In this document: in pieces, positions 40,858 to 56,700 of the stretch
Position numbering within the stretch: position 1 is the stretch's first letter
Layout of the letters: every line of letters starts with the position of its first letter
NCBI GenBank assembly: GCA_963796055.1
Contig: CAWCKH010000004.1
Coordinates: 1,120,001 to 1,184,000, forward strand
Reading direction: 5' to 3'
Length of the DNA stretch: 64,000 bases
Source of the DNA: an uncultured delta proteobacterium
GTDB lineage: Bacteria > Myxococcota > Myxococcia > Myxococcales > Myxococcaceae
Program-made: the position numbers and the translations under genes
The notes under the pieces: generated by a model
What the model was told of the DNA's origin: nothing
The model's input: the letters and a program-made list of their open reading frames with translations, nothing else
Databases searched by the model: none

Positions 40858-41505
40858 ATGAGTGCCCCTAGACGCGAAATTGCCGGAGTGATGGTCCCGG
40901 ACACTCCACTCGTTGCCCGTTCGATGGAAGAGGCGCGTGCTCTCTCTGAGCCGTACCTGTTCAACCACGCCGTTCGCTCGTGGCTCTTCGCGGTTCAACT
41001 CGCCGACCTACAGGGCGTTTCCTATGACGAGGAAGTCGTCGCGGCGGCGTCGCTGCTTCACGACGTCGGCCTCACGAGGGAGTACCAGGGCACGCGGCGC
41101 TTCGAGGTCGAGGGAGCGGACGCGGCACGGGCTCTGGCGAAGGCGGCAGGCGTGGACGATCGGAGAGCTCAGCTCCTCTGGTACTGCGTCGCATTGAACG
41201 CAACGCTGTCCATCAGCCCCTACGCTGAGCCAGAAGTCGGGATTTGCACTGCCGGGGCAGGTCTCGACTACGCCGGGTTCCTCTCCGATCGAATCCCGAA
41301 GGAGATCATGGCGAGCATTCTCGCCGCGTTCCCTCGTCTTCAGATGAAGCGCCAGTTGAAGGAATGTCTTTGCGGCATCGTGCGAGCGCGGCCGCAAACC
41401 ACCTACGAAAACTTTCTTCGAGACTTCGGCGAGCGTTTCGTCGCGGGCTACAAGCCGCCAATTTCGACGGTGGACCTCCTTGCAAACGCTCCGTTCGATG
41501 AATGA
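40858..41505 (+). CDS. HD-domain protein (cyanamide hydratase-like)
   Basis: LFNHAVRSW, LLHDVGL, RFEVEGADAA; alternative GTG start 40846. Confidence 0.8.
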   Translation: MSAPRREIAGVMVPDTPLVARSMEEARALSEPYLFNHAVRSWLFAVQLADLQGVSYDEEVVAAASLLHDVGLTREYQGTRRFEVEGADAARALAKAAGVDDRRAQLLWYCVALNATLSISPYAEPEVGICTAGAGLDYAGFLSDRIPKEIMASILAAFPRLQMKRQLKECLCGIVRARPQTTYENFLRDFGERFVAGYKPPISTVDLLANAPFDE

Positions 41506-41558
41506 ACCACACGCGCCACATTTCCTATGAAAACAACCAACTGATGAGGAATACCGCA

Positions 41559-41813
41559 ATGAGCACTTCAGAACCATCGTTCCAGTACCAGAGGCGCCAA
41601 CGCCTCTTCGTCGCCGCGGCGCTGGCTGTCCTAGGCATCGGCGCCGTCTTTTACGGGTTCCGCTCGCGTCTGGCGCTGGGGGAGCCAGAATCGGCTTCGC
41701 ATCCACACGCGACGACGCCGATGACCCAGCAGTCCGTGCAGCCGCGCGCTGCCAGTGCGGATGCCGACGTCGGCCCCGGGCAGTGTGAGCCGTGTGTCGT
41801 CGGCCTGCAGTGA
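41559..41813 (+). CDS. Small single-TM/exported hypothetical protein
   Basis: GAGGA RBS; RRQR followed by a hydrophobic helix; C-terminus paralogous to 43093-43173. Confidence 0.5.
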   Translation: MSTSEPSFQYQRRQRLFVAAALAVLGIGAVFYGFRSRLALGEPESASHPHATTPMTQQSVQPRAASADADVGPGQCEPCVVGLQ

Positions 41814-41930
41814 ACGGTTTTCCCGGAAGTTCCGCGACGAGTGCCTCAACGAGCACTGGTTCACCTCGCGGGTCGAGTACAACGAGGTCCGAGGTGCCCC
41901 CTCGATTGGTCCGCCTGACCTCGCCACGCG
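41812..41930 (+). mobile_element. IS3-family transposase (integrase core C-terminal) remnant
   Basis: ERFSRKFRDECLNEHWFTS|RVEYNEVR matches the IS3 FRDECLNEHWF...YN motif with an internal gap. Confidence 0.7.
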
Positions 41931-41954
41931 CCGTCTGGATGAGGAGATTCAACC

Positions 41955-42830
41955 ATGACTGAAGGAAGCTTCAAAGGTGTCGAAGGCATCAAGATCTTCA
42001 CGCGCGAGTGGCAGCCGGCGGGCAAGCCGCACGCCGTGGTCGTCATCTCCCATGGATTCAACGCGCACAGCGGCCAATACGAATGGGTAGCCCAGCAGTT
42101 CGTTTCCAAGGGGCTCGCCGTCTACGCGCTGGATCATCGCGGCCGCGGCCGCTCCGAGGGCGAGCGCTTCTTCGTCAAGAAGTTCACGGACTGGACGAGG
42201 GATCTCGCGACGTTCATCGACATGGTCAAGGCGCGCGAGCCGGGCCTGCCGGTCTTCCTCCTCGGTCACAGCGCCGGTGGCGTGATCGCCTGCGGCTACA
42301 CGCTGGAACACCAGGACGAGATCGCGGGCCTCATCTGTGAGGATTTCGCGTACCAGGTGCCGGCGCCGGACATCGCGCTGGCGATCCTCAAGGGGGTCAG
42401 CTACGTGGCGCCGCACGCGCACGTGTTCAAGCTCAAGAACGAAGACTTTTCGCGCGACCCGGCGGTCGTGGCGGCGCTGAACGCCGACCCGCTGATCGCC
42501 AACGAGTCGCAGCCGAGCGAGACGATCGTCGAGATGGTGCGCGCGGACCAGTTGCTGAAGGAGAGCTTCGGGCAGTTCACCCTGCCGCTCCTCATCCTGC
42601 ACGGCACCGCCGACAAGGTGACGAAGCCGAGCGGCAGCAAGGAGTTCTACGAGAAGGCCGGCTCTAACGACAAGACGTTGAAGCTGTACGAGGGGCACTT
42701 TCATGATCTGCTAGCCGACGTCGGCAAGCAGCAGGTCATGGCGGACATCCAGGCCTGGATCGACGCGCACATCGGCACGGAGATCCCGCGCACGCCGCTC
42801 GAGCGCAGCGCCAGTCCCGGAGCCCCATGA
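41955..42830 (+). CDS. Monoacylglycerol lipase/lysophospholipase family hydrolase
   Basis: SHGFNAHSG, DHRGRGRS, GHSAGG, HGTADKV, GHFHDL. Confidence 0.88.
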   Translation: MTEGSFKGVEGIKIFTREWQPAGKPHAVVVISHGFNAHSGQYEWVAQQFVSKGLAVYALDHRGRGRSEGERFFVKKFTDWTRDLATFIDMVKAREPGLPVFLLGHSAGGVIACGYTLEHQDEIAGLICEDFAYQVPAPDIALAILKGVSYVAPHAHVFKLKNEDFSRDPAVVAALNADPLIANESQPSETIVEMVRADQLLKESFGQFTLPLLILHGTADKVTKPSGSKEFYEKAGSNDKTLKLYEGHFHDLLADVGKQQVMADIQAWIDAHIGTEIPRTPLERSASPGAP

Positions 42831-43063
42831 CCATGGCAACTCAATCGACCAGCTTCGCGAAGGACATCAGGCCACTCTTTCGTGCGAAGGACATCAACGC
42901 CATGAAGAAGGCGTTCGACCTGTCCGACTACGACGACGTGCGATCCCACGCCGATGCGATTCTCGGGAAGGTCTCGGCCGGCTCCATGCCATGCGACGGC
43001 CCGTGGCCACAGGACCAGGTGGACCTCTTCCGTCGCTGGGTCGAGGAGGGACTGAAGCCGTAG
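42827..43063 (+). CDS. Small hypothetical protein
   Basis: SFAKDIRPLF...MPCDGPW...FRRWVEEG; ATGA coupling to the lipase. Confidence 0.7.
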   Translation: MTMATQSTSFAKDIRPLFRAKDINAMKKAFDLSDYDDVRSHADAILGKVSAGSMPCDGPWPQDQVDLFRRWVEEGLKP

Positions 43064-43083
43064 GAACGGAACCCTAGGGCACC

Positions 43084-43173
43084 GTGGCGCTGGTGCAGCC
43101 GCACGACGCCAGCGCGGACGTTGACGTCGGCCCCGGACAGGTGGAGCCTGTACTGGTCGGCGGCGCGCAGTAA
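43084..43173 (+). other. 29-codon ORF or remnant paralogous to C-terminus of 41559-41813
   Basis: VQPHDASADVDVGPGQVEPVLVGGAQ* versus VQPRAASADADVGPGQCEPCVVGLQ*. Confidence 0.6.
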
Positions 43174-43216
43174 GGAGCCGATCCGCCCGACTCGATCGGG
43201 ATCTGGAGAAGGACAC

Positions 43217-45802
43217 GTGGAGGCCGGGCGCGAGAGCAACGCTGCAATTCGGACCCCGGATCAGAGGCTGCGCGTCTTCGTGAGCTCGACGCTGACCGAG
43301 CTCGCCGAGGAGCGCACCGCCGTGGCGCGCGCCATCTCCGCGCTCCGCCTCACGCCGGTGCTCTTCGAGCTCGGGGCTCAATCGCACCCGCCACGGGAGC
43401 TGTACCGGGCCTACCTTGCCCAGTCCGACATTTTCATCGGCCTCTACTGGCAGCGATACGGCTGGATCGGCCCGGAGATGGACATCTCGGGGCTGGAGGA
43501 CGAGTTCCGGCTCTCCGGGTCGATGCCGCGCCTGCTCTATGTCAAGACCCCAGCGCCGCAGCGGGAGGCGCGGCTCACTGCGATGATCGAGGAGCTGCAG
43601 ACCAAGGGCACCGTCTCCTATCGATCGTTCCGTACACCGCGGGAGCTCGGGCGACTCGTCCGTACCGATCTCGCCGTGCTCCTCAGCGAGCGGTTCGAGG
43701 CTGGAGCCGGCCGCGCTGCTCGTTCGGCCTCGCCCTCGAACGACCTCGGGAGGCTCCCGCGCTCGCTGCCCGTGGCATTGACGACATTGATCGGACGTGA
43801 GCACGACGTCTCGGAGGTCTCGAAGCTGCTGGAGACGGACGGAGCCCGGCTGGTCACGCTCACGGGTCCTGGTGGCATCGGGAAGACGCGGCTGGCAGTC
43901 GCGGTAGGTGCGCGCCTGGATGGTCGCTACCCACAAGGCGCGGTCTTCCTGCCGCTCGCCTCGATTGCTCGGCCGGAGCTCGTGGTTCCACGCATCGCCG
44001 CTGCGGTCGGCGCGTCCCTCGAGGGCGGACGTTCTGCCGTGGACGTCGTGACTGAGCGTCTCGGGGACACGCCGACCCTGCTCGTGCTGGACAACCTCGA
44101 GCAGGTCATCGGTGTGGGGCCCGAGCTCGACCAGCTTCTGGCCCGCTGCCCTGGGCTCAAGATCCTGGGCACGAGCAGGACGGTGCTGCAGCTGCGCGCA
44201 GAGCGCGAGTACCTCGTCGGGGCCCTGACTGTGCCGCCGCTCGCACGTCGCCCCTCGCTGGAGGAGCTGGGCTCGTCGCCCGCAGTCCAGCTGTTCGTGG
44301 ATCGCGCCCGGGCGGTGCGCCGCGGCTTCGACCTGACTTCCGGCAACGCCTCCGCCGTGGCCGAGATCTGCCGGCGCCTCGACGGTCTGCCGCTTGCCAT
44401 CGAGCTCGCGGCCGCGCGCGCGCGCCTCCTCGAACCAGAGCAACTGCTCGGACGGCTCGTCGGGAGCCTGGACGCGTTGGGCCAGGGTCCGACCGACCTT
44501 CCCGAGCGACAACGCACGTTGCGCGCCACGGTCGAGTGGAGCATCGGACTCCTCGACGATCCGGAGCGGAAGATGCTGGCCACGCTGTCCGTGTTCGTCG
44601 AGGGCTGGACGATCGACGCAGCGGTGCACGTTTCCGGTCTCGCCGAGGAACGAACGCTCGATCTGCTCGACGCCCTCGTTCGGCACAGCCTGGTCAGTCT
44701 CGATTCGACCAACGCTCAGCCGAGGTTCCGGATGCTCTCCTCCATCCGTGAGCTGGCCGCGGAGCGCCTGACCGCCAGCGCAGATCGAGCTGAGGTCGAG
44801 CGACGGCACGCCGAGCACTTTGGTGCGCTCGTGGAGAACGCCGACTGGCCCCCCGAGAGGCAAGCGGAGTGGGCCGAGCGTCTGAGGGCCGAGGATGGGA
44901 ATCTCGGTATCGCCATCCGCTGGTTCTTTGGCCACGATCTCAGACCGCTGCCGCACATGTTTCGAATCCTCTGGCTGTTCTGGCAGATGCGAGATCGTCT
45001 CCCGGACGGCTGGGCGTGGATCCAGGAGCTCCGGCACCGGGCCGATGCCCTGGACGACCGTGCGCGGGCCGAGCTGTCGTTGATCTGCGTCGTGACGGCG
45101 GCCGAGGTTGGTGATGACGAGGGTGCGCGGGCCGAAGTCCCTGAGCTCGAACGACTCGCCGGCCGTATCGATGATGCGTCTCTGAAGAGCGCGGCGCAGC
45201 TGGCAATTTCGTGGGTCCGGCCAATCGTCGATGACCTCGAGGGCGCGCTGCAGGCCGCCCTGGCTGCGCACGAGGGGTTCCGCCGCCAGAATGAACCGTT
45301 CCTGGGATGGGCCGCGCTCACCGCCGGGATGCTGGAACTGGCGCTGGGCCGGCACGACGCCGCGCGCGTGCACCTCACCGAGGCCAGCGCGCTCGGCGGC
45401 CAGCTGGGCAACTACTGGCTGAGATCGACTGCGCGAACACAGCTCGCCTCGCTCGCCGTGGCGACGGGTCATCTCGACGAGGCTCGGACATTGCTGCGAG
45501 AGTCCGTGGACGCAAGAGAGGATACGGAGCTGAGCACGCAAGCCTTGACCTTCTCGCTCATCGCCCATGCCCAGCTCGCCCTGGCGCAAGGAGACCCCCG
45601 ACCGGCGGCGCTGGCTCTGGGTGCCGCCAACGGGCTCCGGCAGCGCGTCGGACTCCGGGCCTGGCCGTCGACGCGACGGAGCGAGGCCGACCTTCTCGCG
45701 GGTGTGGCGGAAAAGCTCGGTTCAGATGCGATGGAGCAGGTCCTTGCGGAGGGTTCCCGGATCGATCGGTCTGATGCCATCGCCCTCGTGCGCATGGCCT
45801 GA
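43217..45802 (+). CDS. DUF4062 - STAND/NB-ARC ATPase - TPR-like protein
   Basis: RVFVSST...AEER...SDIFIGLYWQRYG; GPGGIGKT; LVLDNLE; LDGLPLAIELAA; helical C-terminus. Confidence 0.85.
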   Translation: MEAGRESNAAIRTPDQRLRVFVSSTLTELAEERTAVARAISALRLTPVLFELGAQSHPPRELYRAYLAQSDIFIGLYWQRYGWIGPEMDISGLEDEFRLSGSMPRLLYVKTPAPQREARLTAMIEELQTKGTVSYRSFRTPRELGRLVRTDLAVLLSERFEAGAGRAARSASPSNDLGRLPRSLPVALTTLIGREHDVSEVSKLLETDGARLVTLTGPGGIGKTRLAVAVGARLDGRYPQGAVFLPLASIARPELVVPRIAAAVGASLEGGRSAVDVVTERLGDTPTLLVLDNLEQVIGVGPELDQLLARCPGLKILGTSRTVLQLRAEREYLVGALTVPPLARRPSLEELGSSPAVQLFVDRARAVRRGFDLTSGNASAVAEICRRLDGLPLAIELAAARARLLEPEQLLGRLVGSLDALGQGPTDLPERQRTLRATVEWSIGLLDDPERKMLATLSVFVEGWTIDAAVHVSGLAEERTLDLLDALVRHSLVSLDSTNAQPRFRMLSSIRELAAERLTASADRAEVERRHAEHFGALVENADWPPERQAEWAERLRAEDGNLGIAIRWFFGHDLRPLPHMFRILWLFWQMRDRLPDGWAWIQELRHRADALDDRARAELSLICVVTAAEVGDDEGARAEVPELERLAGRIDDASLKSAAQLAISWVRPIVDDLEGALQAALAAHEGFRRQNEPFLGWAALTAGMLELALGRHDAARVHLTEASALGGQLGNYWLRSTARTQLASLAVATGHLDEARTLLRESVDAREDTELSTQALTFSLIAHAQLALAQGDPRPAALALGAANGLRQRVGLRAWPSTRRSEADLLAGVAEKLGSDAMEQVLAEGSRIDRSDAIALVRMA

Positions 45803-45968
45803 GGCCGGGCGTCTTCGCGGAGTTCGATCCGGTCGAGAGACCGTAAGGAGCAGCCCCGCTAGCGGTGGGGAGCTTCTGTCGGATTGTGGCGAGCCAGCTC
45901 CGATGCCCGCTTAACAGCCGCCCGCCTGGCGTGTAGTAAACCACGCTGCATTGGGCGCGAGGCTCGCG

Positions 45969-47255
45969 ATGCGTTGGCGCGTATACGGAGTCCTGGCCCT
46001 CGTGCTGGGCGCCATCGGCACCATGCTGGGGGTGGACCTGGCCGCCGCCATGGCCGCCTCGAGGAACGAGGAAGCCCTCACCCTCCGCACGCTTCGCTCG
46101 ATCGAGCTCGCCGACGACATTCGCTGGCAGATCGACCGCCTTCCCCGGACTGGCAACGTGCTGGCCTCGGCCGGCACTGCGGGCGACGCCAGGCTACACC
46201 GGCTGGACGTGGACCTCGGAGCCTACGAGCCTCTGGCCACCTTCGAGAACGAGCGTCCGGAGTGGCTTCAGCTGCGCACTCTGGTCGACGAGCTGAAAGG
46301 CGATCTGGCCCGGGGCGATGCCTCCGGCCTGGCGATACATGCGGAGCGGGCGAACACCTCGGTGAAGCACCTCGTTCAGCTCAACTCCAAGGAAGCCACC
46401 GTCGTGGGCCAGCGGATGGTGGCTCTTCGACGAAACGAGCTGGTCATCGATGGAGCGGCCGGGGCCTTCACCCTGCTGCTGGTGTTCCAGATCGGAGCCG
46501 CTCGGCTCCACTCGATGGAGCGGGAGCGGGTCCTCATGGCGGAGAACCTCGTTCTGGTGCAGACGAAGAACCGTGAGCTGGAGACGTTCGCCGGTCGGGC
46601 GGCGCACGACCTCCGCGGTCCCCTGGCGCCGATCCGCGGGTTCGCTGACCTGATTGCCCACGGTCACAAGGCGCCGGAGGAGATGGTCCGCCTTGGAAAT
46701 CGGATCAGCGCCGGAGTCGCCCGGATGGGGTCGACCATCGACGCCATGCTCGAGCTCTCCCGCTCGGGTCAGCTCCCCGAAGGTGTGGCCTCGGTGGCGG
46801 AGACGGTCCGCGACCTGGTCGACGAGCTCGCGCCGTCGCTGGTGGGAGTGGGCCTCTCGCTGGAGGTAGGGGATCACTGGGTGGCCTGTGCTCCGCACGT
46901 GCTGGCACAGATGCTTCGAAACGTTCTGAGCAACGCGCTCAAGTACCGGGCTCCGGAACGAGCTCCGGAGGTGACCGTCGTGGCGCGAGTGGAGGAGGCC
47001 TTCGTCGCCATCGAGGTCTCGGACAACGGTGTGGGCATGGATCCCGAGTGCGCCCGTCGCGCGCTCGAGCCCTTCTTCCGGGGCCAGACCGAGGCGGCCG
47101 GCCATGGGCTGGGCCTGGCCATCGTCGACAGCTTCGTCCGGGCCGTGGGGGGCTCGGTGGAGATCGCCTCCGAGCTGGACGTCGGAACCCGGATCACGCT
47201 GCGGCTGCCCCGGGCCGCAGGGAGCCCGACCTCAAACGTCCGGGTCGTGTCGTGA
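45969..47255 (+). CDS. Membrane sensor histidine kinase
   Basis: Two TM segments, AHDLRGPL, NVLSNALKY, DNGVG, GHGLGL. Confidence 0.9.
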   Translation: MRWRVYGVLALVLGAIGTMLGVDLAAAMAASRNEEALTLRTLRSIELADDIRWQIDRLPRTGNVLASAGTAGDARLHRLDVDLGAYEPLATFENERPEWLQLRTLVDELKGDLARGDASGLAIHAERANTSVKHLVQLNSKEATVVGQRMVALRRNELVIDGAAGAFTLLLVFQIGAARLHSMERERVLMAENLVLVQTKNRELETFAGRAAHDLRGPLAPIRGFADLIAHGHKAPEEMVRLGNRISAGVARMGSTIDAMLELSRSGQLPEGVASVAETVRDLVDELAPSLVGVGLSLEVGDHWVACAPHVLAQMLRNVLSNALKYRAPERAPEVTVVARVEEAFVAIEVSDNGVGMDPECARRALEPFFRGQTEAAGHGLGLAIVDSFVRAVGGSVEIASELDVGTRITLRLPRAAGSPTSNVRVVS

Positions 47256-47669
47256 CACGGGTGGGCAGCGGGAGAAGAGCTCGTTTGTCGCCCGGATGAT
47301 CTCCTCCAGACCCACCGGCTTACGGAGGAGCGCGACGCACTCCATCCGGGAGATCTGGGCTTCGATGTCCGGATCGGTCAGGCCGGTGATCACCACCGCC
47401 GGCACCTGGACCCCCGCCGCCCGGGCACTGGCGATGACCTGGAGCCCGCTCATCCAGGGCATGGCCACGTCCGTCACCAGAAGATCGAAAGGGTGGTAAT
47501 CGGCCAGAAGGCTCACCAGCTCCGCACCACTCGTTGCCGTGCGAACCTCTACTTCCGGCCCCGAGAAGGCAGACCGGAGAAATTCCAGGGTGGACTGGTC
47601 GTCGTCGGCGAGGAGGATGCGGATCATCGGGAGCTCCGCCGGAGGGAACGAAATCAGTTGCCCGGGCAT
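47232..47669 (-). CDS. Single-domain response regulator
   Basis: ILLADDD...LLVTDVAMP...ITG...KPV; start may be 47627. Confidence 0.85.
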   Translation of the reverse strand: MPGQLISFPPAELPMIRILLADDDQSTLEFLRSAFSGPEVEVRTATSGAELVSLLADYHPFDLLVTDVAMPWMSGLQVIASARAAGVQVPAVVITGLTDPDIEAQISRMECVALLRKPVGLEEIIRATNELFSRCPPVSRHDPDV

Positions 47670-47815
47670 TCCGGGGTCTCGGGAGGTTGACGGCATGCAC
47701 GGCTTGCCCGCTCGTGAGGCGGGTGGGTAGAGGCCCAGACATTCGCTTGCGTGGCTCCGAGTCCTGCATACCGGGGTGAACCATCGGACTGCCGCCTTCG
47801 CCTACCGCGGCGCTG

Positions 47816-48504
47816 TCAAGTACTGTTCCCGACGGCGACAACTTCAGCCGGTGCGAGGGGCGCATCTGCCGCGATGGTGACCACCCATCCATCGCGCGTC
47901 CGCCACAAGCCCCAGAAGGTGGCAGCGGCCGCTCTCACCTGGAACCGGCGCCACCCACTCTCCGGCGCCAATTCGAGCAGCTCCACCGCGAGCGTGCGCG
48001 TGTCCAGGCGAAGGCCCTGGCGAAGCGCCTTGGCCGCGCATTCCTTGGCGCTCCAGATCAAATTCGCTGAGAGATCCCGTCCCAGCGGCGACCGGAGTAC
48101 CGATTTTTGCTCGGCCTCGGTGAAGAAGTCGCTCACGAAGGCAAAGCTCCGCGGCTCGAGCCGCTCGAGGTCGGCCCCGAGCGCGACCTCGGGCCCGGCC
48201 ACCGCGCAGAGCGCGCGACCATCGCGATGGCTCAGCGAGATGGTGACCGGCAACTTCGCACCGCCGATCAGCGCCTCGGGAGCGCCGTCGGGCGCGGCCC
48301 GGATCTCCAGTGACGCGAGCTGCAGAGGGTTCGGCATCCACCCGGAGAGGGCCTGGCGCGCGGCGAGCCTTCCGAGCAGGAAGTCCCGGCGCCGCTGCTC
48401 GATGCGCATACTGCGAGCGCGGTTGCGCTCCGCAGCCGAGAGCCATCCATCAGATGATGGAAGCTCATGCTCGTCCACAACGAGCCAGCCGATCCGGCCG
48501 GCGT

Positions 48505-48508
<4 letters not shown>
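47816..48508 (-). CDS. Sfp-type 4'-phosphopantetheinyl transferase
   Basis: LSAAE...LGRLAAR, ISLSH, GADLE, WSAKECAAKA; GTGA overlap with upstream gene. Confidence 0.88.
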
Positions 48509-53763
<5,255 letters not shown>

Positions 53764-53767
53764 GGCG

Positions 53768-56700
53768 TCACCCCGCCAGCCGCGAGAGCAGCTTGGGGTC
53801 CAGTGCGTCGGGGAGAGGAGTGGTGCGGTAGCCGCTCAGCCGCACGTACGCGTTGCCTGCCTCGTCCACCACCTGGGCATCGAAGGCACCGCCAGGGCCA
53901 TCCACCACCACTGCGCTCAAGCGTCCCACCGCGCGCCGGAGCTCGCCCGCTGCTTCTAGGTAATCCACGTGCTGGGGCAGTCCCAGGTGACCGGTGGCGC
54001 GCATCTCGCGCAGGCCGGCGGTCTGGAAGCACAGCTCGATGAGCCGCGGTGAAAGCAAGAGCGGCGCCTCCGCCGGCTCGTGGTCCAGAGGCAACTGCGC
54101 GGGAAGGACTCCCACCGTGTCGGTCCCAGTGCCATTGGACGCGCGCTCGAGGACCCGGTACGCCGGACCATGGAAGTAGACCCGGTAGATGTCATCCGCC
54201 GGAACCCAGGCGCCCTGTGGCTCGGCCCGCGTAGCCGGCGCCAGCGATGGCGGCGTGCGCGCGAGTCGCACCCGGGCGGTGAAATGGGTGGTGATCTGGG
54301 GAGCCTGTCCGGCAAGCGTCCGCTCGCCGCTCAAGCTGCAGTCGGCGACCAGCTCTCCTCCTTCCTCGCGAATCTGCGCGCACAAGCTCAAGGTGCGAGG
54401 CTGAGCGCGGAAGAACTTGAACGGCGCGAGGAACTCGATCGCCTCCACCGCTGCGAGGTAGTAGCCCGGAGCCAGCAGCGCAGCCAGCTCGCCGAACCCC
54501 TCCACGCCCATCACGCCGGGTAGCACCGGGATCCCGTCGATCTGGTGATCGCGCAGGAACGGCTGCCGCTCGGGATCGAGCGTGGTTTCCACCTCCAGAC
54601 CTCGCTGAAGCGTCATCCCGACCACCCGGCCGATCATCGGGCCGCACCTCGAGGTATCCACCCGCTCAGGAGCGAGCCCCCCGGTCGGATCGCGCTCGTC
54701 GAGCAGCGTCCCCAGCCGCCCGGCGACCACCACCTCTCCACGAGCTCCGCCGCGCGTCAGCTCTCGCCGGATGGTCGGAATGCCTACCTGGGGCGGGAGC
54801 ATCTCGATGCCGGCGCGCTCCATCATCGCCGGGATGGAGCCACGCGTGGCCATGCCGATGCCGGCCCAGGCGGTCCAGTCGATCGCGATGCCCCGCGTGG
54901 CAGGACGCGTGGTGCGCAGCGCGCTCGCCTGCTTGCAGAGGAGATCATTGGCCGCGCTGTAGTCCGTCTGGCCCGCGTTGCCGAAGCGCCCGGCAACGGA
55001 GCTGAAGGCCACCGTCGCCCCGAGCGGCATCTGGCCAATTGCGTGAATCAGGTTGAACCAGCCGTCGCATTTCACGTCGAAGACGAGGTCGAACTCAGCC
55101 TGGCTCTTGTCGGGTAGCACTCGACTGAGCTCCAAGCCGCCGGCGTGGAGCAGGACGTCCACCCGCCCGCTGCCCTCGCGCACCGCATCGATGGCCCGGG
55201 CCACGGCAGACGCATCACGCAAGTCCGCCGAGTGCCAGAAGGCGCGTCCGCCTGCCTCGCGCACCGCCTTGATCGCCGCCGCGCCACTGGCGGCCCGCTC
55301 CAGCGCCGCCAGCTCCTTCTCCACCAGCGCCGGCGTGGCCCGGTCACCGCGCGCCTTCATCCGCTCGAACAGCTCGCGCTTGAGGCCCTCGCGGTCGGTC
55401 GCCAGTCGCTTCACGTCCGACGACTGCCCGTCAGGCTCGGGAATCAGGTCGAGCAGGTGGAAGGTGCCGCCGGAGGAGGCCGCCAGATCGCCGACGATCG
55501 CCGAGACGATGCTGCCCGCCGCGCCGGTCACCACAAAGACGGTATCTCGTCCCAGCGAGAGGCCGGGTTTGCCGTCCGCGGCGAGCACGTCGCGGAGGAC
55601 GACCGAGAAACGTTGCTCCCCAGACCAGCCGATCTCGACTGCCCCCGGATCCCGCAGCGTTTCTTCGACGAGCAGTCGGGCCACCTCCTGGGGCGCCCGG
55701 GAGCCGTCGAAGTCGACGGCCTTGACCAGCGCTTCCGGCCGCTCGCGCGACAACGCCTTCGAGAAGCCAACGACCGCGCCCCCCATCGGCGCACTCGCCC
55801 CGGTCTGGCCATAGCCGTGCAGCCCGCCGAGCCGGGTGGCGACGATCGCGAATGCACCGGGCGCCCCGAGCAACGGATAGAGAGCCCGCGCAGCGGTCGC
55901 GAGGAGCTTCACGCGCAGAAAGAGCGCGGCACGCCACGCTTCCAGCGTCATCGCTCGCAGATCGCCCTCGTCGTCGAGCGCGGGCAGCCAGTAGATGCCG
56001 CGCAGGCCCTTCTCCGCCTCGGCGGAGATCCTTGCCGCGAGCTGATCGGGCGATGTCTGGCGGTCGAGCAGCACCGCTTCCACTCCGATCAGTCCGAGGC
56101 GCGCGACCAGCGCCTCGGCCACGCCGCCGGCATCGGGCATCACCAGCACGCGCGCGCCTCGCTGGAGCAGGACGGCTGTGTCCTTGCAAACGGCCAGCGG
56201 CGGTCGGAGAACCGGGACCGGCACGCGCCGTGGAAAGGCATCGGCCGCGTCAGTCGAGGTCGCCGGGGAAGGACCGGCGCTCGCCGAGGACATGGCGGAC
56301 AGGGGCGCGTCCATCGATGATGCAGGCACCGGCGCAGCGGCCCACGGTGCGGGTAGCGGCGCGGCGGCCGACGGGGGGCCCCCGAGATCCGGTCGCCGCT
56401 CGAGCACGAAGCGAATCACGTGCTCGACGGTGGGAAAGTCGCGCAGCTTGAGGTTCTCATCTCGCGGGATGCCATAGGCCTGGCGCACCGCCGCAAACGT
56501 CTCCGCCTGCTTGACGGTGTCCACGCCAAGGTCCGCCTCGAGGTCGAGCCCCGGATCGATCATGTCCGGCGGATAGCCGGTCTTCTCGGCGACGATGGAG
56601 AGCACCTTGGCGCGCACCGCATCGTCAACCTCATTTCCAGCCACGGGCGACGGACCCCCGGTCGGTGTTGCGGGCTGCGCTCCCGGACCTGCCAGGTCCG

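Noticed and set aside
41812..41930. Intact IS element
   Set aside because: Only about 35 codons remain; no DDE core or terminal inverted repeats seen.
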